Shown here one piece after another: positions 12,604-26,371 of a stretch of 64,000 nucleotides of DNA. How positions within the stretch are numbered: the first letter of the stretch is position 1; the number at the start of each line of letters is the position of its first letter. Where the stretch lies: positions 70,990,001 through 71,054,000 of the forward strand of contig OX597832.1 in the NCBI GenBank assembly GCA_951406725.2, read 5' to 3'. This DNA is from Octopus vulgaris. Lineage: Eukaryota. A model generated the notes under the pieces. That model was not told the DNA's origin. It did not search any database and saw only the letters and a list, made by a program, of their open reading frames with translations. Both the position numbers and the translations under genes were made by a program.

Positions 12604-15469
12604 ATAAAGAAGGAAGAGAGAGGAAAGAAAGATCCCAGAGCGGGCAACGGAGATAGAGAAAAAACGACTGGTGTTTAGGGGTTACACATGGTGAAAGGCG
12701 GATGTTTACGATAACAAGAGCAAAGTGGGTTTTTAAAGGCAAAAGAGTGGAGACAAGGTTGGTAACGCAACAGATGTGTGTGTATGTGTGAGTGTGTGCG
12801 TGTGCGTGTGTGTATGTGTGTGTGTGAGGCGAGATAAAAAAACAAAAAATATATGTATGTGTTAGTGTGTGCGTCTGTGTGTAGGCGTGTGAGGTAGGGC
12901 GAGACGGTGGTCAGCATAGCAGCAGCATAGCAGACAAAGGTCAGTAGTAAGAAAAGGGAGGAAGGAGGAAGGGAGGGAGGGGAAGGGGTGGGGGCGTATG
13001 TAGCGTGCCGGCGTGTGTTGAGTAGTAGTGTGTGTGTGTGTCCAGGGTGGTGGTAGTATTAATGGCGAGTAGATTGAATGTGTGTAAGAGTAATGTATAT
13101 GTTTAAGCAATGTGTGTATATGTGTGCGCGTGTGTGTAACGAAAAAGGGGGGGTTAAGGAAAAGGACTCCAGCGGAGGGGAAGATGGAAGAGTGGTCCCG
13201 CGGAGACGGGCGTGGGAAAACCCAACGACAAGCGACATCCCAGGAACGGGCGGGAGGTCTCGTCGGGTCCAAGGGCGAGGTGCATGCGGCGCGCATGCGT
13301 GCGCGAACCGGCGCAAGCGCGTGTGTGCGCGCGCCTGCGAGTGTGCGCGTACGTATGTGTGTGTGTGGATGTGTGAGTGTGTCTGTGTGTATGTCAGGGT
13401 GGCAGTGTGTCCGATGAATGTATGTGAGTATGTGTGTATATATGTGTGTGCATAGATGTATGTCCGTGTGTGTGTGTGTGTGTATGTGTATGAGTGTGTA
13501 TGTATGTACGTGTGGGTGTGGGGAAGTGTGTGTATGTGCATGTGTGTGCGCGAACATACAGGTGTGTGAGTGAGTGCGTGTGTGTGTATGTATGTGTGAG
13601 TGTGTATGTATGTGTGTGTAGGATGCATGTATGTGTATGGGTGTATGTATGCGTGTGTGTATGTATGTATGTGTACGTGCGTGTGTGTGTGTGTATGCGT
13701 GTAGGTGTGCGCGTGTGCATGCGTGCATGCATGTGCGTATGTGTGTGTGTGTGCATGTGTGTGGGTATATATGTATGTGCGTATATGTGTGTGTATGTGC
13801 GTACATGTGTGTGTGTATGCATGTGTGTGTGTAGGTGTGTAGGCGTGTGTGTATAGGTGTATGTATGTAAGTATGTATGGGTGTGTCCGTGTATGTGTGT
13901 ATGTATGTGTGTATGTAGCTGTGTGGGCGTGTGTATATGTGTGTGTATGTAGGTGTGTGGGCGTGTGTATATAGGTGTATGTATGTATGTCTGGGTGTGT
14001 CCGTGCATGTTTGTGTGTGTGTGTGTATGCATGTGTATGTAGGTGTGTGTGTACGTGTGTAATGTATGTGTGTATGCGTGTGTATGCGTGCGTGTGTGTA
14101 TGTAGGTGCGTGTGTATGTGTGTGGGAGTGTAGGTGTGTGTGTGCGTGTGCGTGTTTATGTTGGTGTGTGCGTATGTGAGTGTGAGTGTATGGGTGTTTG
14201 TCATGCATGTGTGTGCGCGTGCAGGTGAGTGTGTGTGTAAGTATGTGTGTGTGTATGTTTGTGTGAGTGTGTATGTGTGTATGTCTGTGTGTATGTATGT
14301 GCGTATAGGAGTATGTAGGTACGTGTGTGTGTATGTATATGGGTGTATGTATGTATGTGTGTGTGTGTGCATGTGTATAAGTATATGCGTGTGTGCGTAT
14401 GTGTGTGTATGTGTATGTGTGTGTGTTTATGTATGTGTGTATGTATGTGTGTAGGCGTGAGTGTGTAGATGTATGTATGTATGGGTGTGTGTCAGTGTGT
14501 GTTTGTGTGTGTGTGTAGGTAGATGTGTGTGTCTGAGTGAGGGTATGGCTGTGTAGGTGTGTGTGTGTATGAATGTAAGTGTGTGTGTATACAAGTGTAA
14601 TGTATGTATGTAGGTGTGTGTGTGTGTGTATGTGTACGTGTGCGTGTGTATGTGTGTGTGTGTATGCGTGTGAGTGTGAGTGTATGGGTGTATGTCTGTG
14701 TGTGTGTATGTCTGAAGTGGGTATGTGTGTGTATGTATGTATGTGTGTGTGTGTGCGGGTATGTGTGTGTGTGTATGTGTGTGTGTGAGTAGGTGTGCGT
14801 GTATGTATGTGGGTAGGGATGCATGCGAGTGTGTGGGTATGTATGCAAACATACGCATGCGCACATCCGAAGCAAGCCCACACACACGAAGCGCGCTCAC
14901 GCACACAACGCACAAGCAGTACAACGCAAGCCCAAAGGGGCCGACCGAGCCCCCAGCGCGCGCCAAGGCGCGCGAGCGCAAAGGCCCTCGAACGCCCCGC
15001 TACGCGGGAACCGAGGATCCATCAGCCAAAACCGGAAAGCAGAAAAGAGGGGGGCTGCCTGGATGCAAAAAGGTGTATGTGTGTGTGCATTCAGTGTACG
15101 GGTGTGCATGTGTGGGTATGTATGTATGTATGTGCCTACATGTATGTGTGCATGTGTGTGTGTGTGAAGTATGTACGTGCGGTGTGTGTGTGTGAGTGTG
15201 TGTGTATGTATGTGCGTATGTATGTGTGTGTGTATGTGTGTATGTATGTCTGTGTGTGTGTGTGTGTGTGTAAGTATGTATGCGTGTGTGTATGTATGTG
15301 TGTGTGTATGTGCATGTGTGTCTGTAAGTGTGTGTGATTAAATGTGTGAATGTATGTACGTAGATGGGTCTACGTATGTGTGTGTGTGAACAGGCGTGTG
15401 GGAGGTAGGTGGGTGGGTGTGTGTGGGTGGTGTGTCCGAAAAAAAAAAAAAAAAAAAAAAAAACCGATC

Positions 15470-16895
15470 TCAAGAGGAGGGGGCTGTGTTAAGTCCGTGT
15501 GGGGTGGTAGTTTGTAGGGGGAAGATGTAGCGTTGCTCCAAGTGGAGCCTGGAAAGTGGGTGACCATTGTGGGGGGCGAGACCAAACACTGAGATGTCAT
15601 CTCGGGAATGGCCGGCCGAGCGGAAGTGGCGTGCGACGGGAGAAAAAGAGTGTAGGCGAACGTCCCTCAAGTGTTCAGTGAAACGGTCGGACAACCGGCG
15701 TCCCGTCTGACCTACATACAGCATCCCGCATAGGTTGCATTTAATGCAGTAAATAAGGCCAGACGAGGTGCACGTAAAAGAGTGCCTAATGCGTACAGTA
15801 TGCAGGTTGGAGCCGGTGACAGCGGTGGTGTTGGTGATGAAGGGGCAAGTGTTGCAGCGGGATCTAGAGCAAGGGAATGATCCGTGTGGGGCTGAGGGGG
15901 AAGGAGAGAGGGTGCTGTGGACCAGGAGGTCACGCAGATTGCGGGCTCGTTTGAAAGAGGACAGGGGTGGGTTAGGGAAAATGGGGCGGGTGGTGGGATC
16001 AAGCTGGAGGCGACGGAAGGCACGTAGTATCTTGCGACGAAGGGGTAGGGTAGAGGGGTGGAAAAGGAGGGGGAAGGGGTGCGGTTGGTGGGTGGGCGGG
16101 GGGAAGGAGACAGGGCGGTAGTGCGGTCGATGCGACGGGCGCGGGTGAGGGCATCAGAGAGGAGTGTGGGTGGGTAACCTCGGAGTCTGAACATGCGGGC
16201 CAGGTATTGAGATTGGGTCTCGAAATCCTGGTCGCGGCTGCACAAACGTCGGAGGCGGAGGAACTGGGAGTAGGGGATGGCTCGTTTGGTGTGGAAGGGG
16301 TGGGAGGAAGAGAAGTTGAGATAGAGGTGGGAATCCGTAGGTTTAAAGAAGGCGGTGGTGGTGAGAGAGCTGGAGGGGTGATCGATGCGGAGAGAGATGT
16401 CAAGGAAGTTGACAGAGGTGTTGGAGATGGTGGAGGTGAATTGAAGAGAGGGGTGAAAGTTGGAAAGGAAAGAGATGAATTGGCAGAGAAGTTCACGGGA
16501 AAGGGAGGTGGCACCTACGCAGTCGTCGATATAGCGACCGTATAGTTCGGGGGTCGGCCCAGAGAACTGGGAGAACACTTGGGCCTCAATGTAGCCAAGA
16601 AAGAGATTGGCGAAATTGGGGCCCATCCTAGTTCCCATCGCGACCCCGGACTCCTGTTGGTACGTTTCCCCGGCGAACGTGAAGCAATTGAGGGTGAGGA
16701 CGAGCTCAGCCAAACGGAGAAGGGTGGGGGTGCTGGGGGTGGGGTCGGGACGACGGTCGAGGAAGTGTTGGAGGGCTAGGAGACCGTCATTGTGGGGAAT
16801 CACTGTGTACAGGGATTTTACATCTAAGGTGAAGAGGAGGTGTGAGGGGCTGGAAGGGAAGGAAAAGGAATTGAAGAGACGGAGGGCGTGGTTGG
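15470..16895 (-). pseudogene. PLE reverse transcriptase-GIY-YIG ORF (5'-truncated, one frameshift near 16080)
   Basis: Motifs LDVKSLYTVIPH, GVAMGTRMGP, RYIDD, FLDI, KPTD, HP..KRAIPYSQFLR, GYP, linker CSRSRCNTC, IYCIKCNLCGMLYVGQTGRRLSDRFTEH, PHGLN. Confidence 0.93.
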
Positions 16896-18619
16896 TTATA
16901 TATATATATATATAACGCCTTTAGGCACGGCTCCCTGGGCAACTACCAACAATGCTGTTTAAGTGGCTTTTGTTTAAATACATATATACAATGCGCGCGC
17001 ACAAGATACTCCCGAGTGAGATCGAACCTGGGAATTTGTGCATGTGAAATAAACTTTTAACCATTCAGCCATACTTGTTAGTCAAAGTCACAATATGTGT
17101 TTGAACACATATTGCTTCACAACAGCAATACTTTAAAATGCACACACACATACACACACACATGACATACACACATATATATACACACACACACATTCAC
17201 AAACATACGTATAGTATACATACACATGTTACACACAAAATCATATACATATTTATGTATGAGCTCAATACACACACACACACACACATTAACACAGTTA
17301 CACAAACACATATATAAAAACACATACCCACAAATATACACATGCATACACTTACACACAAACGCACATTTATATGCACATTCTCCCTCATGTACACTGA
17401 CATACATATACACATATATGCACACCCCTACACACGCATAGATTTACAAATATGCACACACATATATACACACATACTCATATACATACTTATGTACACA
17501 ACTAACGCACGTACACAACTAGTTGTTTCTCTGTCTGCATTTGTGTGTCTATGAGTGTGGGTAAGCGTGTGTCCATTACTCCATAACTCAATAAACCACG
17601 TGATCATCATCACCACCATCACCACTACGACTATCATCATCATCGCTATCAATATAGACCAGCATCTCTTCACGCCATTGCTCCTCAATTTTCCCTGTCT
17701 CTCTCTCCCCTCTCTCTCTCCCTCCTTCTCAGTTACCTCCCTCTCTCCCTCCTCAGTCACCTCCGTCTCTCCTCTTCCCTCTCTCTCTCCCTTCCCCCTT
17801 TCTCTCCCTACTTCATACTCACCTCTTTCTCTCTCTCTCTCTCTCCTTCCCCCTCTCTCTCTACTTCAACCTGTTGAAGCTATCCCATCACATGAGATTA
17901 AAGTCACATGGTCTGTGAATGTGTGCGTATGTATGTTTGTGTGTATATGTGTGTGCGTGTGATTATCGTTGTCTGACATGTTGCGCGATTGTACTTACGT
18001 ATGCGAATATACCTGTGAGTGTGTGTACACACGCATGCGCGCAATTGTGTGTGTGTGTATATATGTGTGTATATACCTCCTGTATGTGTCTGTGTGTATG
18101 CTTACCTGTGTATGTATATACATATGTCCGTATATCCTTTTGGCTGTTTTTTCAAAGTTGTGGCGGCGGCGACGATGAAGGCACCGATGGCGGTGGTGGA
18201 CAAATGAAATGAGTGCGCCTGATTGGGGAAGCAAAGTGAATGAGATAAAGTGAAGGAGACAGGGAGATAGGAGCTGGTTGAGCTTGAGTGGAAGTGGGCA
18301 TGGATGTAGAAACAATGGAAAGATGAAGAGGAGGGAGAAGTTGGACAAATGGAAGCGGGGACAGGCGTTGGGATGATATTAGCTATGTCAATGGTGGTGG
18401 GTGTTTGAGGGGATGATGTGCGAAGATACAGTGGTGGTGGTGGTGGTGGTGGTGGTTGCGAAGTGTCCAGGGATTTTATACATTTAATCAATATTTTCAC
18501 AACCTGTTCCGCTTTATTAAGTTTTTTAACAGTAGAAATTATTGGACCGAGGTAAGTCACCCGCAAATACACACACATACACATATATAAATACATCCAC
18601 ATATATTAATATATGTGCG

Positions 18620-18658
<39 letters not shown>

Positions 18659-18665
18659 TCTCTCT

Positions 18666-19630
<965 letters not shown>

Positions 19631-19644
19631 ATATATATATATAT

Positions 19645-20260
19645 ATATATATATAACTGAGAATGTGTCTGTCTGTCTGTCTGTGTTTTTCCCTAAAACT
19701 TGAGAGCTACTCAACCAATTTCATTCAAATTTTACACATGCCTTACTTAGGGTCCATGTAGTTTCATGGGCAAAAAAATGTTCAACTTCTTGCCTAGGGC
19801 GAGCCCATAGCAATATCATATTTTCTCCACTATTTCCGTATTACGTGTTGAAAGTGAAACAAAAACATTTCTCTATTTTATGTCAGATACTTTCACTTTA
19901 ACAATAAAAATTAGAGATAATAATAATTGAATTATATGTAGTAAGTAATAATTAAAATCAAACTAAAGTATAATATAATCGTAGCATAACAAAAGTAAAA
20001 ATAGCAATTGGTATAAAATTGCATCAATGACTTGAACTTGAATAAGTGGTTTCAAATGAATGGGAATAAATCAAAAATAAAATTAGTGTGCAGAAATGGA
20101 ATAGTCCAGATGGAGCTGTGCACATACCATTTACCACGGCTTTTACATTAGATTATCCGCTAATTAGCTAGCATTAAGTATCTATATGAAGTTTGGCTGT
20201 ATGTAATGTCTATTTTCTCGAACAGTCGCTTATACAGAGTACTGCTGTTGGTTTATTTCT
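19645..20260 (+). mobile_element. Helitron-like non-autonomous 5' portion (right boundary uncertain)
   Basis: atataactgagaatgtg(tctg)n..ctactcaaccaatttcattcaaattt is typical of Helitron-N 5' ends. No 3' CTAG end identified. Confidence 0.45.
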
Positions 20261-20519
20261 TATACATAAAGGACTATAGCTTCAACTGCGTACTGCTTTT
20301 TGATTCACCGTAAGGTTTGTTGTTATTATTATTACTGTTTAACTATTGTTATCACGTTTGTTGGTTCCTCGTAAGGGAAGCGTTGTTGTGTTGCATTTGT
20401 TAAATAATTGTAAACTGAAACCCTCCCCCTTTGGGAGAAGGAGCTTTGGTTATTGTTTAAAAATTGAAATGTGTCCCTGTTAGGGGAAATTGACAATATT
20501 TTCACCGTTTATACGGAAG

Positions 20520-21070
20520 CATTTTTGTTAAAATGCCTTCGATAGAAGAAAGTCCAAAAAGGAATTTCGCTGCAGCCGTCGGCGGGCGCGAACTCATTAA
20601 AATTAAAATGAAAGAAATACAAACCTATTTAGGATTGATCACCGACAAAGACGGTGAATCTAGGATAACACCACCAAACGAAATTAAAAAGTTAAATTAA
20701 AGAAAAGTCTATTGTCTCTAAAGTATACAATGTAGAGAAAAAAAAAGATTTGAACACCTGGAGGAAAGCATCATCGAAACGTGTCTTGGTGCGACTATGA
20801 AATATATCAAGTATCTAACCAGAGGCGGTAAATTCGCCACAATAGAAGCAAGGTTCGAGTCAACGGAGCGTGCAAGGAAGTACTCGAATCGAACCTTGCA
20901 AAGTGAAAATATTTTATTTTTACCTTTATATCTGGGATGTCCCGGATAAAAATTTAAAATATCCCCCCAGAAGTAGAGGTAGACTGGATTGTAGCCACAA
21001 TTCTATACAAGAGGGGGGACAAGATACAATTGATCGAAATTGCAAGAGACGGGTCTACAATTCCTGTCTG
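20520..21070 (+). mobile_element. Degraded ORF1 fragment of a Tx1-type LINE
   Basis: IETCLGATMKYIKYLTRGGKFATIEARFESTERARKYSNRTLQSENILFLPLYLG..NIPPEVEVDWIVA aligns with ORF1 at 43070-43300 (VELCLKPIWEKIKFITRGKRYGTVETRF..NIPPEVDPEQIVA). Confidence 0.75.
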
Positions 21071-21255
21071 TTATATATTTTGAGTATTGTTATCACTAGC
21101 GATATCAAGATATAACTTTGTATTTTGTATTTTATGTGTAGATGTATATATATATATAAAGATGTACATGTAATATGTACACATATATACACATATATAC
21201 ATGCACTAGCACTATGACCCGCCAACGACGGGTCATAATGCTAGTATATGTATAT

Positions 21256-21305
<50 letters not shown>

Positions 21306-21588
21306 ATATGTATATATATACGTATATGTATGTATATATATACATATATACACACACATATATACATATTCACTCACATGCATAAATATACATTTTCATG
21401 CAAGAACATTTACATACAGGCATGTGTATACATACACACATACATACGTACATAGAGGTATATGAGTACACATAGATATATATGTATACACATACAAATA
21501 CATACATCCATGTATACATACATACATACATACATACATACATACATACATACATACATACATACATACATACATACATACATGAATA

Positions 21589-21752
21589 GGCGCAGGAGTA
21601 GCTATGTGGTAAGAGGTTTGCTTCCCAACCACATGGTTCCGGGTTCAGTCCCACTGCGTGGTACCTTGAGTAAGTGTCTTCTATTGTAGCCTCCGGCCTA
21701 CCACAGCCTTCTGAGTGGATTTGGTAGATGGAAACTGAAAGAAGCGCGTCGT
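21589..21752 (+). mobile_element. SINE family A, 5' half
   Basis: Matches the head of 18666-19050. Interrupted at its internal (AT)n by a PLE fragment. Confidence 0.85.
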
Positions 21753-21761
21753 ATATATGTA

Positions 21762-22410
21762 TAGAAAGAAATTAGACAACATTATACGTAATGATATCAG
21801 TGGTACCTGCCCTAGATATAGAAACAAAGAATGGAATAGGATACAAAGAACTGTGACAAAGCAAACAGGGCGAACACGTGGTATAATACCAACAAATATC
21901 AAGGAATTATGATAGTAGGGGCCACAGCCCATGGAGAACTAGCCCGTAAATTTAGAAAAGCTCTGAAGGAGACCAAACTCAACATTAAGATTGTTGAAAA
22001 GCCAGGGAACTCCGTCAGATCACAACTATGTAGGACGTACTCCTTTGAGAATACCATATGCACCAATGATAACTGCATGGTATGTAGGATTAGCCCTGGC
22101 ATTAACTGTAGAACTCGAAATGTAGTTTACAGCATAAGATGCATAGAAGGTGCTTGTAAAGACATGAATATGACGTACATAGGGGAGACATCTAGGAGCA
22201 TTGCGGAACGATTAAATGAACATCTGAGACAATATGACGACAAAAAATAGTCCTCCATACTCTACCAACATACCAAAGACCACCATGGAGGCAACTTGGG
22301 TCAACTTGACATCCGCAACTTATCCAAGCACCCAAAAGACCCAACACTCACACAAATACAGGAGTACGTCCTTATAAATGAAACTTCCCCAATACTAAAT
22401 AGGAAATATA
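21762..22410 (+). pseudogene. PLE 3' fragment (linker plus GIY-YIG endonuclease)
   Basis: ATAHGELARKFRKAL..VVEKPG-like IVEKPG..CTNDNCMVC..CRTRNVVYSIRCIEGAC..YIGETSRSIAERLNEH..*SSILYQHTKDHH..PILNRK. Same protein family as 54584-55783. Confidence 0.88.
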
Positions 22411-22525
22411 CATAGTAGATATCATACCTCCATATCCACAGTTTACACAGGTAGTGTAGAATAGTTAGTGGGCTGTTATGTAGATAGATGTATGTATGTG
22501 TGTGGGTGTGAGTGTGTGAATGCAC

Positions 22526-22992
22526 ATGTAGAGCAATCTTCAGCTGCACAAAGACATAGAATTTAATTAAATCAAAAGGACACAATTGTATAATTTTGCC
22601 TAAAATTTCTAAGAGGATAAGGAGATAGACAAAGAACATGTTTTACGAACAAAATCATACAACTAGAATATTGTTGGTAAAACATGATTTTTGTCCATCT
22701 CCTTATCCTCTTGGAGATTTTAGGTAAAATTATACTGATGTGTCCTAATTTAATTAAATTCTATGTCTTTGTGCAGCTGAAGATTGCTCTACATATTAAC
22801 TTGATGTAATGAAATGATTTCTGTGTTCAATTAAATGGAGTCGCATGAAACAATCGTACTGCATTACCTCTGGATATCCTTGTTGCTTATTTTGATTTTA
22901 ATCACCTTATTTTGAAATTGTATGGATAATACCGTACTAAATTCTGGTGCCTCAACTTAAGTACCATATCTATCTGAATCTAAATTTTTACT

Positions 22993-22995
<3 letters not shown>
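22526..22995 (+). mobile_element. PLE-type terminus with inverted 5' duplication and HHR
   Basis: Inverted arms 22526-22652/22671-22794, HHR at 22772-22863, ends at (AT)n. Confidence 0.7.
22772..22863 (+). ncRNA. Type I hammerhead motif (partly degenerate, long stem II)
   Basis: UGCAG-CUGAAGA-UUGCUCUA...UGGAGUCGCAU-GAAA-CAAUCG-UA-CUGCA. Confidence 0.75.
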
Positions 22996-23050
<55 letters not shown>

Positions 23051-23104
23051 TATATATATGTATGTATATATGTATGTATGTATGTATGTATGATTTCACA
23101 TCCA

Positions 23105-23280
23105 TAAAGCGCTTAGCGGCATTTCGTCCGTCTTTATGTTCTGAGTCCAAATTCCGTCGAAGTCGACTTTGTCTTTCATACTTTTGGGGTCGATGAGATA
23201 AGTACCAGTTGAGTGCTGAGGTGGACGTAATCGACGTCCACCATCCTCCCGAAATTGCTGTCCTTGTTCCTAGAAAGGAA
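23105..23280 (+). mobile_element. SINE family M
   Basis: gcttagcggcatttcgtccg..gagtccaaattccgtcgaagtcgactttgtctttcat..aagtaccag. Confidence 0.7.
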
Positions 23281-23400
23281 TTAATTGATATTTCATGTGT
23301 TCTAAGATTACACAGGTGTGTTAAGAATGGTGTAGTGGCTATTACTCTCACAATTGGAGACCACATCGAGTCGTCATTTTTGGCTCTTGGCAACGTCGCT

Positions 23401-23441
<41 letters not shown>

Positions 23442-24001
23442 CTTTTTGGCGGAGGTGGTGGTTGTGGTGGTGGTGGTGATGTTGTTGTTGTCGTTGCTGT
23501 TGTTGCAGTTATAGTCGCTGTAATTATTGGATTTTGTCGTTGTTATTGTTGATGTGGCGGCTGTCGCTACTGAAATGATTTTTTTTTTTTACGGGGCTTT
23601 TAAAAGCTAAATTACCTGTGCACTTTAATGTTGAAATAAGTGAGAGACAGACACACAGACAGCCATAGACAGACACATACATATTTTTATACATGCATAT
23701 ACGTATACGTGAGTGTGTGCACACACACGCGCGCGCGCATATATATATATAGTATAATATTATATATATACACTTATATATATACATACACACACACGCA
23801 CACACATATACATGTGTATGTGTGTGTGTGTACGCGCACGCAAACATATACAGAGAAGGAGATGCATGTGCGTGTGTAGGCGCAGGAAAGTGAGCAGGTG
23901 CAAATATGTGTATGTATTTGCCGAGCGATCTAATGAGATATTTGCCTCAGCCATATTGTATGTGTGGAGGGATGTTTAAGTTTGTGCGTGTGTGTGTTGA
24001 C

Positions 24002-24044
<43 letters not shown>

Positions 24045-24202
24045 AACACGCGCACACATACACACACACATGCACATATATATAAGTGTATGTATGAATG
24101 TATATATATATGCATATGTATATGTATGTATATGTGTGTGTGTATATATATATGTATATGTATGTATGTGTATATATATATATATATTTATTTTATAGAA
24201 GG

Positions 24203-24253
24203 AGCTTCTACAGGACTAGAACTGTTTCATTCAAATGAAATCTTCAGGAAGCT
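24203..24253 (-). ncRNA. Type I hammerhead ribozyme (canonical core, closable stem III)
   Basis: AGCUUC-CUGAAGA-U-UUCA-uu-UGAA-U-GAAA-CAG-uucuaguc-CUG-UA-GAAGCU. Ends about 15 nt before (AT)n, within a probable PLE terminus at about 24190-24560. Confidence 0.88.
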
Positions 24254-24654
24254 GGCTGTCAAAATAAGGTCTGGTATTTATACATTTAGGCAGATTTAAC
24301 GGGGTGATGGTGGGGGACGTTTTTGGGGTAAGCAGGGCACAAACTATTGTTCTTAGGGGAGTGGTCAAAAGACCAGAGAGTTTATTGAAATGAGAAGAAT
24401 CCGTGAGAAGGTAAATAAATGAATAAATAGAATAATTGAATAGAGTTTTAGGTAAATTAGAAGACAATTGCTTTTAGTCAGTTTGTTATTGTTAAGTGGA
24501 GGGAAGAAGTAGATAAATATACATGAAAAAACATATAAAATAAATATACATACAAACCCACATACATACACATGCGAATATCCATATATATATATATACA
24601 TATGCCCATGTATATACATACAGACACACACACACATACATACAAATACACAAG

Positions 24655-24698
<44 letters not shown>

Positions 24699-24712
24699 GA
24701 GAGAGAGAAAGG

Positions 24713-26183
24713 GAGACTCAGGTTATACACCAAAACACCTCCTATCCCAGTCTGTCATCCCGGTTTTCAAGCAGGGAAACAGATCCCTCACAGTCAACTA
24801 TCAACCAATCTCACTCACCTCCCACATCATTAAAGTGTTTGGAAGAGTGGTAAGATCAAGGATAGCTGGCTTCCTGGAGATCCACAAACATCCTAAATTC
24901 AAATCAGCATGGCTTTCGCTATCTAACACAGCTCTTACACCACATTGAGGATATAATTAAAGCTTTGGGAACAGGTTCGAACTCTGATGTCATATATCTT
25001 GACTGCAGTAAAGCGTTCGACAGAGTTACTCTCAAATTTGGCAAATGTTGGAATCCATGGAAAACTTCTACACTGGATTAAGTATTTCCTGGCGAATAGA
25101 ACACAGCGTTGTGGTCGATGGAGACCACTCAAGCCTGGCAAAAGTCTCCAGTGGTGTCCCTCAGGGGACTGTCTTGGGCCTGCTCCTCTTTATAATCTAC
25201 ATAAACGACCTTTCCAGCATCGTAAAACTCTGCAAAGTGAAAATATTTTCTGATAACACTAAGCTCCAGTAAATCATCAATGAAGAAGAAAACCGAACTC
25301 AACTCCAGTCTGATCTATATGCTGTGAAGCAGACAAAAGCAAAATGCAATTAAACGTGGGAAAATTTGAGCTGATGCATTTTGAAAGAAAGACTATACCA
25401 AAACAGCCATATTCTCTTCTTTCAAGGGAACCGCTCACAGCATCTAATAATATCAGAGACCTATGAGTAATTGTTGATAGCAGTTTCAGTTGGAGTGCCC
25501 ACATCAACACTAAGGTCGATATGGCTCGTAGGATTAGCTCCTGGATCTTAAGAACCTTCCGGTCCAGAGAACAAGAGCCATCATTCCGCTTTTCTCCTCC
25601 TTTGTACGGCCACACCTCGAATCCTGCTGCCCCCTGTGGTCTCCCCATAGAAAACAAAACACCTGGAGGGCATTCACTAAACGAATTGAAGGCACGGCTG
25701 CTCTCGATTATTGGGACCGCCTTAAAGCCTTGAAACTCTACTCTCTCCAGCACCGCCGCGAGCGGTACATCATTATATGGAGAATATACCGCCAACATTG
25801 CCCAAATGACCTGAACATTAGCTTCAAGGTTCATCCAAGACTGGGACCACGGGCCATACGTCCCCTGCCCAAATCAGGATCGCAACACATAGGTACACTG
25901 CGACACGATTTCTTTTCCTTAACGGGCCCTGCCCTGTTTAACAAAACTGGTCAAAGAGGAAAGGGATCCCATTGCCTTTAAACGGAGTCTGGACAGATTT
26001 CATCAAGGAATACCTGATAAGCCACCCATACCTAGATACAACTCACTCAACAAGAACTCACTACTTGAATGCACCATGATACCACAAATTTTTTCTTAAA
26101 AAGGATTTAGATAATCCTATCAGGTGGTGCTATTAAATTAGACATGGCCTGGACCAATCTTTAGTCGAAACATATCTAAGTTT
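24713..26183 (+). mobile_element. 5'-truncated CR1-group LINE (RT, degraded) with 3' end
   Basis: [76 protein letters not shown]. 3' hairpin gacc-aatct-tagtc and atctaagtt tail. Confidence 0.88.
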
Positions 26184-26191
26184 ATATATAT

Positions 26192-26350
26192 ATTTGAAAG
26201 AATGAGTAGAGTTAGCTTTTTTGAGGGTATAATTTTTATTTTAATATTAATAATAATGTTTACAGTGAGTTACTCTGATACGAGTAAACTGAACCACGGA
26301 TTTCGGGTACCTTGAATTATTGGTGACCTAGCGGGTCACGGGTAGTCTAG
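26192..26350 (+). mobile_element. Short Helitron-like element or 3' end
   Basis: Hairpin GTGACC(26323-26328)/GGTCAC(26334-26339) followed by CTAG (26347-26350) and T. Confidence 0.55.
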
Positions 26351-26371
26351 TGTATGTGTGTGTATATATAT

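Larger units (their letters stand above)
12480..16895 (-). mobile_element. 5'-truncated Penelope-like element (Neptune-type) with a 3-kb CA-rich 3' UTR and terminal HHR
   Basis: RT plus GIY-YIG at 16895-15470. Terminal segment is homologous to 53424-54423. Both ends abut (AT)n tracts. Confidence 0.85.

Noticed and set aside
12862-14913. 683-aa His/Thr-rich ORF and the many similar YIYI, CVCV or poly-residue ORFs
   Set aside because: Translations of stop-poor microsatellites, with no domain or codon evidence.
20755-20792. HHR-like CTGGAGG..GAAACGTGTC
   Set aside because: Core mismatches and no stems. It lies in the degraded Tx1 ORF1 reading frame.
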